Origin: Lama glama
Lineage: Eukaryota
Assembly: GCA_028534125.1 (NCBI GenBank)
Contig: CM052832.1
Coordinates: 33,976,001 to 34,040,000, forward strand
Direction of reading: 5' to 3'
Length of the DNA stretch: 64,000 nt
This document shows positions 11,901-23,385 of this stretch, piece after piece. A program made the position numbers and the translations under genes. The notes below the pieces were generated by a model. The model was not told the origin of the DNA and searched no databases. It was given only the letters and a program-made list of their open reading frames with translations. Within the stretch, counting starts at the first letter, position 1, and each line of letters starts with the position of its first letter.

Positions 11901-14884
11901 ACAAGGCTGCTGTTAACAGATGTTTGGGTCCCGTCAGCTTCTTCCCACCGCTGACTTCACGAGGGGCTCTGGGAACGGGTGTTTATACTAAGCCTAAATT
12001 GATAGGGCAAGTTTAATGCAGTCGGGTCAAAGGTACAACTGCTTAGCCGGGCTCATCAGCCACTCAAGTTTCAGCCTCGGTTTATAAAGAAAGGGCTGCG
12101 GTGATAACATCTGGCTGTTGAGCGTGACTGCGTTTTGCCTCCTATGATTGAACGGAATTTAATGGCGGGGGGTGGGGACCCAGGGCAATTTCATCCCTGA
12201 ATTATGGTTCCAGATAGATTAGGCAAAGTGGCAGGCTGATCAGCAGGGTCCGGCCACCTAGCAGGCTGGTGAGCGGCCTCGCTCCCCCGGTTCCGCCCGC
12301 CCCGACCACCCCACCCCGCCCGCTCCAGCCCGCTCTCTGGTGATGCTCGTCCGGCTGGCAGTGACGCACCGCTCAGGGAGGAGCAACTGCCGGGGAACCT
12401 GTGCTCCCAGGGGGGCTGCGGACCCCTGGGCGTGAGCACGCCCACCCCTGGGCAGGGGGTGCCCGGCTGGGTTCCTGCTGCCGGAGGAAGGAGGCGAAGT
12501 GGCTCTGGCGTCCACCATCCTGCCAGCTTGCCTGCTTCAGGCCAGGGTTATGAGGACACTGTGACCTTGGGGCCAAAACACATGTGTCGTAAGCCAGCTC
12601 TCGGCACCGCAGGAGAGGACTGCGGCTCCTCCAGCCAGGGCCCGGCGCGGTTGAGCCCAGGGCCTCCGGGGCCGAGCTCTGAATGCACAGCAGCCTCGTC
12701 AGCCATCTCAGCGGCGCGAGAAGCAGACTGTGTGCGTCGGCCTCCACGTCACCCCGGGTCTGTGAAAGTGTCCTTCCCTTAGCCCTTCGGTCGCTGTGTG
12801 TCTGTACAACTTCTTAAATTTGCAAAAACTGCTTTTAGTGTCAGCAGGTAGGTAGACCAAACTTCTGTGAATGATGGCAGAGACGACCCTCCCCGTGCAA
12901 TCAGGCTGGGAGGGTGGCAAGCAGGGCCACCACGTTCACCGTGTTTCTGCTCTAACGTGGAGTGACGTTCCTGGCCCTGGTGCGCGATCGGGACCAGTAG
13001 GGGAGGCGCCTGGCCCCGCAGAGGCTGTGGGGCGAGACGCAGGCGTGGCGCAGGTGAGAGGACCTCGGGGGGACTTGATCCCAGTCCTGGGGCCTCACAG
13101 CCGTCTGGCCTCCGGGGGCTCCCCGAGCCTTTGTTTCTTCGTTGTAGTCAGGGCTGGTGTCTTGTCTGCTTTCCTGCGCGTACTTACCCTGCGTTGTGTG
13201 AGTCGAAGGAGACCCAAAGCCCTTCTCGAGCCCCAGGCCCATGTGAACAGGAGAGTTGCCATCACTGCCCCGCTGGCGGTCCCTCTGGCTGACACCTGGC
13301 GATGGGATGGGGGCAAGTTTAACTCTTCGAGGTCGCCAAGTTAGAAATGAGGCCCCCGAAGGGAACTTCCTGCCTGTGACGTAACACAGCTGACCCAGCA
13401 GGCCCAGACGTACCAAGCGGCTGCATTAAGGGCAGTAGTTAAGAGGCGCCGTTTTTCAGCTGCAGGGTCTTTTCAGCAGGTCTCCTCATCGCAGGGGGAC
13501 GTTGAAGGCGGAGCCATCAGGTGGCGCGGATCCTTGTCTGCCCTGCGCCCCTTCCTCCTCCAGTCCCTTTGTCTCCACCTCAACTCAGTGACCGTCCACG
13601 AAGCGCGTCCCCCGACCAAACGCGAAGCAGGCACACGTGGCCACCGGGCGAGGAGTCCCCGTGAAAGAGGAAAGCTGGGCCCCAAAACTGCAGCCACACT
13701 GCCCTGTCCCGTCCCCGTCAGAGGCTCATCCCCGCCCGAGAAGGAAGATGGGAGGAAGAATACAAAGTGAGCCTAAGGTGAGCCTTCACTCCTTTGCGCT
13801 AACCAGCCAAGGGCCGGCCTCCCTCGCCCTTCCTTGTTAATGGCCACCGGCAGTCTCGGTCCGCGGGCTGGGCCATGACTTCTCTGGCGCGTGAAGCTGA
13901 AACTCTCCAAAGTAATCTCGACTACACACTTTGGGTCCTGAGGAGCACAGGCCACCTTGGGGTACAGCGGGAACAGACGGACCCCCCACCGCTGCTTCCC
14001 TGCCGGGCTGTGTCCCAGGGAGCTACAGACGGGGAACGTCTGTGGACAGACGGACGCATTTCCACGGCACATGTCGTGTGAAGGCGATTCTGGTGAAGGA
14101 AGACGTGTGAATCCTGCGGTTAGGGCCATTCTACTTCAGCTGTTCCAGCTCTTCCAGTGGGGTGGCAGGTGGAGCCTGATCCTGTGCCACCGTGGCCTGC
14201 ACAGCCCAGTCTCCGTCTTCTCCCCGACTGAAATGCCCGGAGTCCTGCCTGCTTGGAGGTGCAGGATGATCATCCTAATCTGGGCTGGCTTGAATTTTGT
14301 GTCCACCTGAAAACTGACCACTGGGACTCAACCTCTCATCCCTGAAGTGAGGAGGCCCACCTTGTGACGTTGGCCCGGTGGGGTAGGTCTGGGGCTTGGG
14401 TGAGCGGGTGCCTCACAGCTCCCCGAGCCCTGGCGCCAGCATCTTGTGACTTCTCGGTCACCTCCCTGTCTCCCCTGCTGCCACTGCTGCTGTCCCGGTG
14501 ACGCTGGGCTCTCCTCGCTCCACCACCCGCTCTTCAGCTGTGACCCTGGCTCTCCCGGCCACCTGCCTCCAGACGTCCCCCTCCAGCTGGACATCAGGCC
14601 ACTTCCCACATGGTAGGGGAGCACCCACAGAGGACCCGTCCTTCCTCCACCGTGGCTGGGCCCAGAGCACAGCGCCTGCTGCGTCTCAGTCAGACTCCCA
14701 CTGAGGGTCCTGGGTGGGAAGGTGATCAAGGACCAGACAGGACAGACGGCCTGGGCTCCCCTCTGACGGCGGGCAGCATCTGCTGCAGCCGCAGGCCCCA
14801 GGAGGGGTGAGGGCTCAGGCTGGGCGGAGCCCAGTGACTGCACTCAGCACACCGTGCAATTCGGAGCAGGTGCTTCTAATTGTT

Positions 14885-15045
14885 TCTAGACCCACTTCAG
14901 GCTTGTCGTGTGCTCAGACAAGCCACTCAACCGGTCTGTTTCCTTGCATGTCAAGTGGAGATAATGACCCTTACCTGCATCACAGGGGCATCGTGCGAAT
15001 TAATTAACGTTTGTGAAGAGCTTGGAAGATGCTCAGCTGGTTACG
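14885..15045 (+). mobile_element. MIR SINE fragment
   Basis: gacaagccactcaacc...ctgtttccttgcatgtcaagtggagataatgacccttacctgcatcacaggggcatcgtgcgaattaa resembles the MIR core and 3' part. Confidence 0.7.
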
Positions 15046-18000
15046 TGTTGAGGGACCCTGAGGATGGACCTCGTGTGTTATTAGAGCCCCCACCCGGCCC
15101 CACCACTCACTGAGACGCCCAGGCTCTGACAGCACCCAATGTGCCGTCCACACAGGGCCTCGACTTAGCCCAGCGGGTTGACCGCTGACAGCGTGGGATG
15201 CAGCTACGACCCCTGGACCCACGGCAGCCTCCCGGAAGCCGGGAGGACCCGCCGTGTGTTTGCTGTTTGCGGTGCTTGCTGGGGTTTCTCTCCCCGCTCA
15301 CGTGGCGACACTCAGATGCAGGTTAAAACCTGCCCGCCGGGGCTTGCGGCCTCTTCAGACCGTATCTCAGGGTCAAGGTGGGAGGCCGTCTGGTGAGACC
15401 AGCGCGGACTGAATTGCAAATCCGAGGGACTCCTCTGGAAAGGAAGAGGCCCTGACGCGCTTGTCCTCCGGGCGGCGCCCTGGAGGTGCCGGGTGCTGCG
15501 GTGCGCACGCCTGTCCCTGGCCACCTGTCCCTTGCTGTTGTGTCTGTCTGAAACAGACTTTCAGCAGGATTTGGATGTTAGATTCGCCATCTTCTGTGAT
15601 GCTGCGTTCCCTACACCTCACAAACCAAACAGGTGGGTGGAACTCGGGTCCCAGCAGCTAATAATCAGAACAGGAAGCGCTGGTCCCCAGCCGGGTCCGA
15701 GCTCTGTCTCTTGTCCAGTGATGGAAGAAGTCGTGCCCGCCACTTAGGGTCCGACCGCGCTCGGTGCCGGCGACTCACCGAGGGGCGATCCTGCACGTCC
15801 TCCCCCTCGTGCTCCTCCGCTTCCTCCTCACGTGTCCTCTCCGCCCCCGCCGCCTTTCCGGAGCGATCCGTGTGGCGTCAGCGGCCCTTCTCTTTGGGGC
15901 AGTGTGTGCGTTTTTCTGGATGTTGGGGCTCTAAGCCTCAAGACTCCGTGAGCCCCAGTCTTTCAGGTTTTGTCTGAAGAGTTAAGTCCAAAAGGAGATT
16001 TTTCAAACCCCTGTAACCGAAGTTCTTGGCTTTACAGAAAAGACTCTCCAGCCCCATCAGGGCCCCTTGCGTCCGATGGCAGGTGGGTTGGTGGCCTTGC
16101 CGCCCCTTTCCCGCCACCACCCAGGGTGACCAGAGCTGGGCTTCCGACTCGCCGAGGCAGGGAGGCGTGAGTGTGTCCCTCCAGGTGCCACTTAGACCCT
16201 CCTGAGGAGCACAGCCGGCCTCAGGCCGGGGCAGCGCCTCCAGGCCAGGGGCCCCCGCGCCCCACGCGGAGCCCGGGTTGAAGAGGCCTCCTTTCCTAGT
16301 GAGCCTCCGCCGCCTTGTAGGGGAATAAAGCGGGTTGAGAGCTGACGTCGCTGTTTTCACAAAATGGGCCTCATCATCTTGACCGTCTTTTGGCTTCAGT
16401 TTCCTGAGTAACCAGGCATCTTTCAAACGCCGGCGTTTTCCTCTAGGCCCCCGGGAGTTCGCCCTGGCAGATGGCCGGGTGATGGTGCCCACCCCCTTGT
16501 GGGGTCCTCGCGGCTGGAGCCCCACGCGGGGCGAGGAGGAGCAGGGAGAGCGGGGCACCCCCTCGGCCTCCCTGCGTCCCCGGGCGGGACTGGTGGGCAG
16601 CAGGCTGGCCCCTCGACGCACCTGTTACGGGGCAGCCATGCTCTGACACTCGTGTAGGGCGGGGGCGGGACTAGTGGGGTGACTGAAGGCCTCAGGTTCG
16701 GTTGAGGAGGGTGAATGGCACCGCGTGGGAATCGGGCCACAGTGAAGGCGTGAGGCAAGCCCCAGCACCCGGGGTCCCAGCACCGACCCCCTCCCGCCGC
16801 CCAGGGCCCCACCGGCCCCAGAGGCCCAGCAGGGAGTCATTCAGGCGTCAGAGGGCCGGTGGCCCTCCCTGCCCGCCCACCGGGCTCTCCTCCCCAGGCA
16901 CACCCACCTCAGTCCTCGGACGTTTCTGGCCAGGGCCTGGCTGGGGTGACGGCACCACACTGCCAGTGACATCACTGCCGTTACTGCCCCCCCAGGCCTG
17001 GTGCCTCGGCCTGGGGGGTAGGAGGGAGGTCAGCTGCGTGAGTTTACATGCTTTAAATATTCCAGATTCTATGGTTTTGAGAAGAATTATAAACGTGTGT
17101 TGATTTTTTAACTCTTACTTGTTTATGCCTTTAAAATTTAATCAATCCAAGAAATTCCTTGTTTCTTGGTGGTCAGTAGACTTGATGTGACTGAGTGCGC
17201 CGTCAGGTAGACCAGGCAGGGCGTGGAGAACTGGTCCCCCGGCCCACGCCAGGCGGTCCCCTCTGGGCCTCCTGGGGCCTGGGTGGGGGCACAGGTCAGT
17301 GGAGTCGGGGGGGGAAGCTGTAGATAAAACTAGATTTCACAGACTGTGGCTTCAGCTTTGAAACCGTGGGCATGTTGGAATGTGCTCATTAGAGAAGCAA
17401 CGCTAATTAAAATTGGTATTTTCGCCCACGTCCCCATAAAGAGAGCACGTCGTGTACACACACCTCCGGGGTGGAGGACGGAGATTCTTGCAGTCAGCTC
17501 GTGGTGGGCCCCCCGCTGGCGGGAAGACAGCCCCCAAGATAACGTTGTTGGCGATTCAGGGATGTGTTTCCTCGGTCCTCATTTGGAAATCTGATTGCAG
17601 ACTCACACCCTCCGGTGTCAGGTATGTGGCGGGAGCCAGGCCACATGGGACGGTGAACTTGGCCTTCCGAGGTCTGACCGGCTGGCCTTACCGCACCCCC
17701 GACCACCCCTGGGCCCGCAGACGCCACCTCGCAAAGTGGAGGCTGTCCCCAGGCCACCTGAGGGCTCCAGCACCAGCGGCGAGGCGACGCTGACTCGCAA
17801 GGCACTGGAAGGTCTGAGTCGCCTTTACCTGGACAGCGGCCGGGCCGTGTCGAACAGTCCCGTGAGTGCAGGCAGCTCGCCTGCGCAAAGAAGAAAGAAG
17901 AGCTTCCACCTCGTGGATTTGGCAGATGTCACACGGCTGGGGTGCCGGGGTCGGGCGCCTGGGGTCCGAGTGCCACCTCGCAGCGTCTGTGCAGCCTCAG

Positions 18001-18534
18001 TCCAGCTTCCGAACTCCTTTGTCAGTCTCTTCGTAAGTGCGCTGGGCGTCAGGGTGTCCTGGACGTCAGGTTGTGACCCTGACTGTGAAATTGTCGGTCA
18101 CCACGATGGCCTACCCATCGGCCAAATAAAACGCTCTCGGGCGATGTATACGGACAGTCTTTACACCCTCCTTTCTAGTTTTGTGTTAAAAATGGCTTTC
18201 AACCTTAAAAAAAAACTAATGTGAATATTTTACTTACATTTGAAAATTCTTCACTTAAGAAAGATTTATATGTGTCAGTTGAGCCTGAAATAGTCGACTG
18301 GGCGGCTTTGGAAATTTGAAAGAGCAGTGAGAGTCCATGCAGTCATCCCTGCGCTTCAGCAGCTCTGCATGTTCAGCCTCATGGTGGGACCAGCACCGCA
18401 GTAGGTTCTCAAGACGCAGAAATTAAGGCTCCGATGCCCACTGGAGAAGTGGCTGGGGGACACCTCTGAAAGATAAAGGAGCGTCAGTGGTCCATTGCTG
18501 TGTTTATTCAGTAGTTTGTTTATTTTTAAGTTGA

Positions 18535-20070
18535 GTATTGATGGAGATTTTATTGTGGCAAAACACACATGCATTTTACCGTGCTGACCGTTTCCAAGTG
18601 TACGGCTCAGTGGGGCTGGCTACGTCCACGCTGTTGGGAAACCACCGCCACACCCCCTCCCCAGAGCTCTTTCGCGTCCCAGCTGCAGGTTGGCGTCCAG
18701 CCCCTCCCCGGCCCCTGGCCAGCACCGCCCCCCCCCCCGCTTCTCTGTGGATCCAGTGACGCTAGGACCTCACAGGAGTGGAACCGTGCGGTTTTTGTCC
18801 TTTTGCGACTGGCTGAGCGTCGTGTGCTCGGGGTCCTTCCACGTTTAGCAGGTGTCAGGGTTTCCTTCCTTTTCAGAGCTGCGTAGGACTCCACTGTGTG
18901 CACACGCCTCACTCTGTGTGTCTGTCGCCTGTGGGTGGGTGCTGGGGTGGCTCCGCCCTCAGCTGCTGTGAATGTGGGCGCACACATGTCTGCTCAGGGC
19001 CCTGCCTCCGGTTATTCTGGACAGACACCCAGAAGTAGAACTGCTGGGTTACATGTTAGTTCTGCTTTTACTTTCCTGAGGAGCCTCCATGCGGTTTGCC
19101 CGACAGTACCCCCACACCCTCACCAACACCTTTATCATTTCTGAGTGGCCGTCCCGTGGGCGAGAAGCAGCGGCTCCTGCGGCTGGTGTGTCCGTGCGTG
19201 TCAGCAGCTCTCACTTGCTGTTGCCCGTTCGCGTGTCTTTGAGGAAACGTCTGTTCGAGTCCTTGCCCGCTTTTCACTTAGGACGTGTGTTTCGCTGCTG
19301 GGCTGTGCGGGTCCCTTGTATATTCTGGACCTTATCAGACACGTGACTTTCAGACATTTTCTCCCATAGCTGCCTTTGCACCCTGCTCTTTGTGCCCTTG
19401 ATGCACTGAAGCTTTAAGTTTGGACGTGGCCCCGTGCGCCACTGCCTGTGCTTTTGCTGTCATATCCAAGAATGTGCTGCCAGACCCAGGGTCACAAGCC
19501 TTCTCCCTTATGTTCTCTCTTAACAGCTTTATAATTTTAGCTCTAAGGCTCAGATCCCTCATCCACGCTGAGTTGATTTTTGTAAGCGGTGTAAGGTCAA
19601 GGTCCAGCGTCATTCTGTTGCGTGTGGATGTCCGGCTTTTCGGCCACTTGTCCTTTCCCCACTGATGGTCTCGGCGCCGTTGCTGAAAATCGCTTGATCG
19701 TACATGCAAGGGTTTAATTCTGGAATCCCTGTTCCATCCCCCAGTGTGTGTGTCTGTCTGTCTGTCTTCCAGCACTGCACCGCTGTGACTAGCATAGCTC
19801 GGTCGTAAGTTTGGAAGTCAGGAAGCGTGAAACCTCCAACTTTGTTCTTTTTTTCAAGATTCTTTTGTCTGTTCCCAAACCCGTGAGTTTTAGGATGGAG
19901 TCTTATATCCGCCCAAAAAAACCCCAAAAAGCTATTGCAGTTTTAACAGGGACGGCATTGGGCGTGTAGGCGTCCCTGGGTGGTGCTGCCGTCTTGACAT
20001 GGGAAGCCCTTGAATCCATGAACACAGGGTGAAGAGTTTCCATTTGTTTGTGTCTTTCGCAGCTATTTTC
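18535..20070 (-). mobile_element. Ancient LINE-1 3' portion (L1MB-like), antisense to GMDS
   Basis: Reverse-strand L1 3' UTR (ttttattgtggcaaaacacaca...ttccaagtgtacggctcagtgg) followed by ORF2-derived sequence. Minus-strand translations include KKNKVGGFTLPDFQTY and LTPLTKINSAWMRDLSLRAKIIKLLRENI, both recognisable L1 ORF2 C-terminal peptides. Confidence 0.9.
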
Positions 20071-23000
20071 GATGTTCCATTAAAAGCACAGCACCAGCTT
20101 AGAGCTTGGAGAAAAGGGAAAATGAATCTTCTTTCCTGGAGTGGACCACAGGCCAGTCTGAATCAGACAGGTTCTAAGAAGGAGTCAGACAGAGATGAGA
20201 AGTGGCCCCAGTGGAGCGCATCGGGGTGACGCCTGGCGGGTCAGAGGACCGCGCATTAGGACCCGCGGGAGACTGAGCTGAGCACACAGGCCGGGGGGTA
20301 GGCAGGGAGGCCAGGAGCCCAGTGGGCGGTGACCCGGCTGCCCGAGGAGGGAGAGAAGGAGGCCCCGCAAGCCTGGAGTGATGGGGGCACTTAGCCTCGG
20401 GTGACCAGCTGTGTGTGTGTGTGTCAGTCTGTGCCCGTCCAACACGCAGGAGGGATGCACGGAGTGTGTGGACGAAGGGAGCCCGTCGGCGGTTTCTGGG
20501 CGGCCAGAAAGCAAACCTGCAGTTTCTCAAGCGCGGGCCTCCCGGGAGAGCCTCTCCTGACCTCCCATCACCGGTTCTAGCACTTGGCCCTCCGGCGAAG
20601 GTTTGTGACGGTCACTGTCCGCGAGGAGACGTAGCCGTCGGTGTGGCAGGTAGCAGGTGAGCGCGTGGCGTCTGGCGCTGTGTGCTCGGGAGAAGGGCGT
20701 TGCGCGGTGACGGTGCAGGCAGGCAGGGTGGACACCATGTCGGCGAGGTGGCCGAGGCTGCAGACCCCCCAAACACCCGTGCTGTCCGCCCTCCCCCCGA
20801 TCCCTGAGGCCCGGCCTCCAGCCAGAGACCCACAAGTAGGCGCCGAGAGGTCACTGCGGAAACCTGGAAGCGAACGGTCACACCATGTGACCCTAAGTAA
20901 AAGCCCACGGTGGGGCCACTTCCTGCGGGGCAGAGCGGGGAGTGGTGGGGGTGGCCTCTGGGTATGAGACCTGGTGTGTCCTAGCCCCTGGCCGCAGCCG
21001 TCCCCCACGGCCTCGCACTGCCGGGTGGCTGTGCGCTCAGCGTCGTCAGAGCCCTGGTGGCCCAGGACCCAGAGATGGAGGCTCCTGGAGCATCGAGGGG
21101 GGCCTCCTTCCCTTCCCTTCCTGGTCCCTCCCTGCAAGGACCGGAAACGCCGTCTGGGCCACATTGGCAGGTGGGTGCGTGAGGCCCACAGCGCGCTCAG
21201 GGGCCCCGATCTGTCTGACTTTCCCAGCCCCTCCCTGAGTGTCCTAACCTGCGGGACAGGTGTGAGCTCAGATGCGGCGAGAACAGGCCAGGGGTGAGTG
21301 TGGGCCGCGGCCTATGTGCCCCAGCAGGCCCAGGGCCGCCTGCCCTACCAGACCTGAGGGCTGGGAGCGCTGGTGGAGGTGGTGAGGCCCAGCAAGACGA
21401 GACCGATTCAGGTGCGGCGCCCCTGGGGCCCAGCCCTGCTGAGCCCAGGCCTGGATTTTGTCCCGCAAAGGGCCAGGGGGAGCCCCCGTCCTCACTGGTG
21501 CCCCCGCTCTGCCCCAGAGAGCACGGGGGCCTCTGGGCATTTTCCTGCTCTGTTCACACGTGTTCGCTTCTCAGTCTAACAGGACTGTCGCGGTCCTTTA
21601 AGGCACTTAGTTAGAGGCAGTGAGGCTAGAGGTTCCCCTCTGTACTTGCGTCCTGCTCTACTGGGTGCTGCCAGGGTGCGAGGGGCCCCTGGAACGAGCC
21701 ATCTGGGGGCACTGCGAGGGGCCGGCCCTTCCAGGAGCCGCTTCCACGTTCAGGAGGAGACGGCATGCCCCTGGCTGCTGGCTGTCTTCTCGGCACGTGG
21801 ATGCCCCCAAAGAGGAGCTGCTGGGCCAGGGCAGAGCCCGCCGCCCTCCTGCCTTTGGGGGTGCGGCCGCCTCCATGGTTCGAGCTCTGGGCGCCTTGCT
21901 GGTGGTGTTCACACCAGTCTCCGCTCAGTGGGCAGGGATGGGCGCCGCCGCGGCCTCAGAGGCGGTCAGACAGCCGGGCAGCCACTCGGGCCCTTTCTGG
22001 GGGTGAGGGTTAGCGCCACCAGCCAGGAGACGCGCCAGGAGGGCCTTTCTGTCCTTCCTAGGGGGCCTGGAAGGCAGGTCTAGAAAATGCTTCTGAAACC
22101 AGGAGCCCGCCACCTGCATGAGGGAACAAGACAGGTTAGCACTGTTTTCTCAAAAAGCTGGCGGGACCCTCCATCCCAGGGATAGCACCAGAGCAACCCA
22201 GAAATGTCTGTAGAGAAGGACGCGGTGAACTTCCCTCCAGTGCAGGGAAGAGGTGGCTGGGAGGGTCACGAGGGTGACCGGCCATTGTCTGGGCAGAGCT
22301 GGAATGTGGCAGAAGGAGGCGGGGCCCTTTGCCGCGCAGCAGTGCTGCAGCGAAGAAGGCGCCAGCTGGACCTGCTGCGTCTGCGCGTGTGTAACGTGCT
22401 TCCCTCTGCAGGTGCGGTGACAGGAGTTCACTCCTCTGGGAATCGTAGTTGGACGGGGGGCTCACCAGGAGACAGAAACGCACCCTCAGATGTGCTCCAT
22501 GGAGGGTGGCGTGCACAGCGTCACCTGTGTGATGCCACCACCATCAGACGGTGGGTTAGGCTTAGAGGCCGAGTAGCTGCCCGATGAATGGCCCCTGAAT
22601 TGACCTCTGAGCCCGAGTTCCCCCATCTGCTAAGAAGGGAGTGGCGCGTCCTTGAAACCTGGCAGGGTGAGCCTAGCGGACGGTGTGCCCCCGCCGGCAG
22701 CAGGCCCTGCCCCCAGACTGCCCCCGAGAAGGCGTCACGGCGTCACTCAGGGCTGGGAGAACTGACGTTCACCTCCCACACCCGGAAACCCAGCCCCGTG
22801 GAAGTGACTTTCAGCAAAACCTGAACCCAGCATGGGAGTGGTCTTCTGCAGACAACTTTTGAAGTCAATGCTTTTTTAAAAATAACACTTATAATCACAT
22901 ATCTGTATTTAAAAGGGATGCCTTAAAATTAATCTCATGTTCTCCGTTTCTGATTTTGTAGTGTTGCCTTTACGGCCGTTGTATCTGGAAATTCAGAGAG

Positions 23001-23284
23001 AATTCAGAATAAGTTCATGGAGGAGCTGTGAGGAGGCTGTTCATGTTTCTGAGCCTTTGTCAGCAGGTCTCTGGCACGACCAGCAGAGAAATCAAACACA
23101 GAGGCCACAGCCGATGGTTCCCACAGTGTTTTTACATTTTGACCTATAAAATGCAGCTATGTTAATGAAAATGCTTTCACTTAAATTTGCTAATAGCTAC
23201 GACGTTTCATTATTTGGGAGTGGGAACTAGGTAGACAGGCCCCGCGGGGCCGAGGTCTGGCAGCTCTCTGTGCAGAGCAGCTCT

Positions 23285-23385
23285 GCACCTTCACTGAGGA
23301 GAAACTGAAGGGGCAGAGGGGAATGTAACTGTCCGTTCTTAACACGTGTCCAGAACTGGGCTTCGCTCTAATACCAAGGCTTTCG
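23285..23385 (-). mobile_element. MIR fragment
   Basis: ttcactgaggagaaactgaaggggcagaggggaatgtaactgtcc matches the reverse MIR core (gatgaggaaactgaggcacagagaggttaagtaacttgcc). Confidence 0.55.

Noticed and set aside
19350-19927. ORFs with L1 ORF2-like peptides as an active element or host gene
   Set aside because: Short, frameshifted fragments of a 5'-truncated ancient L1.
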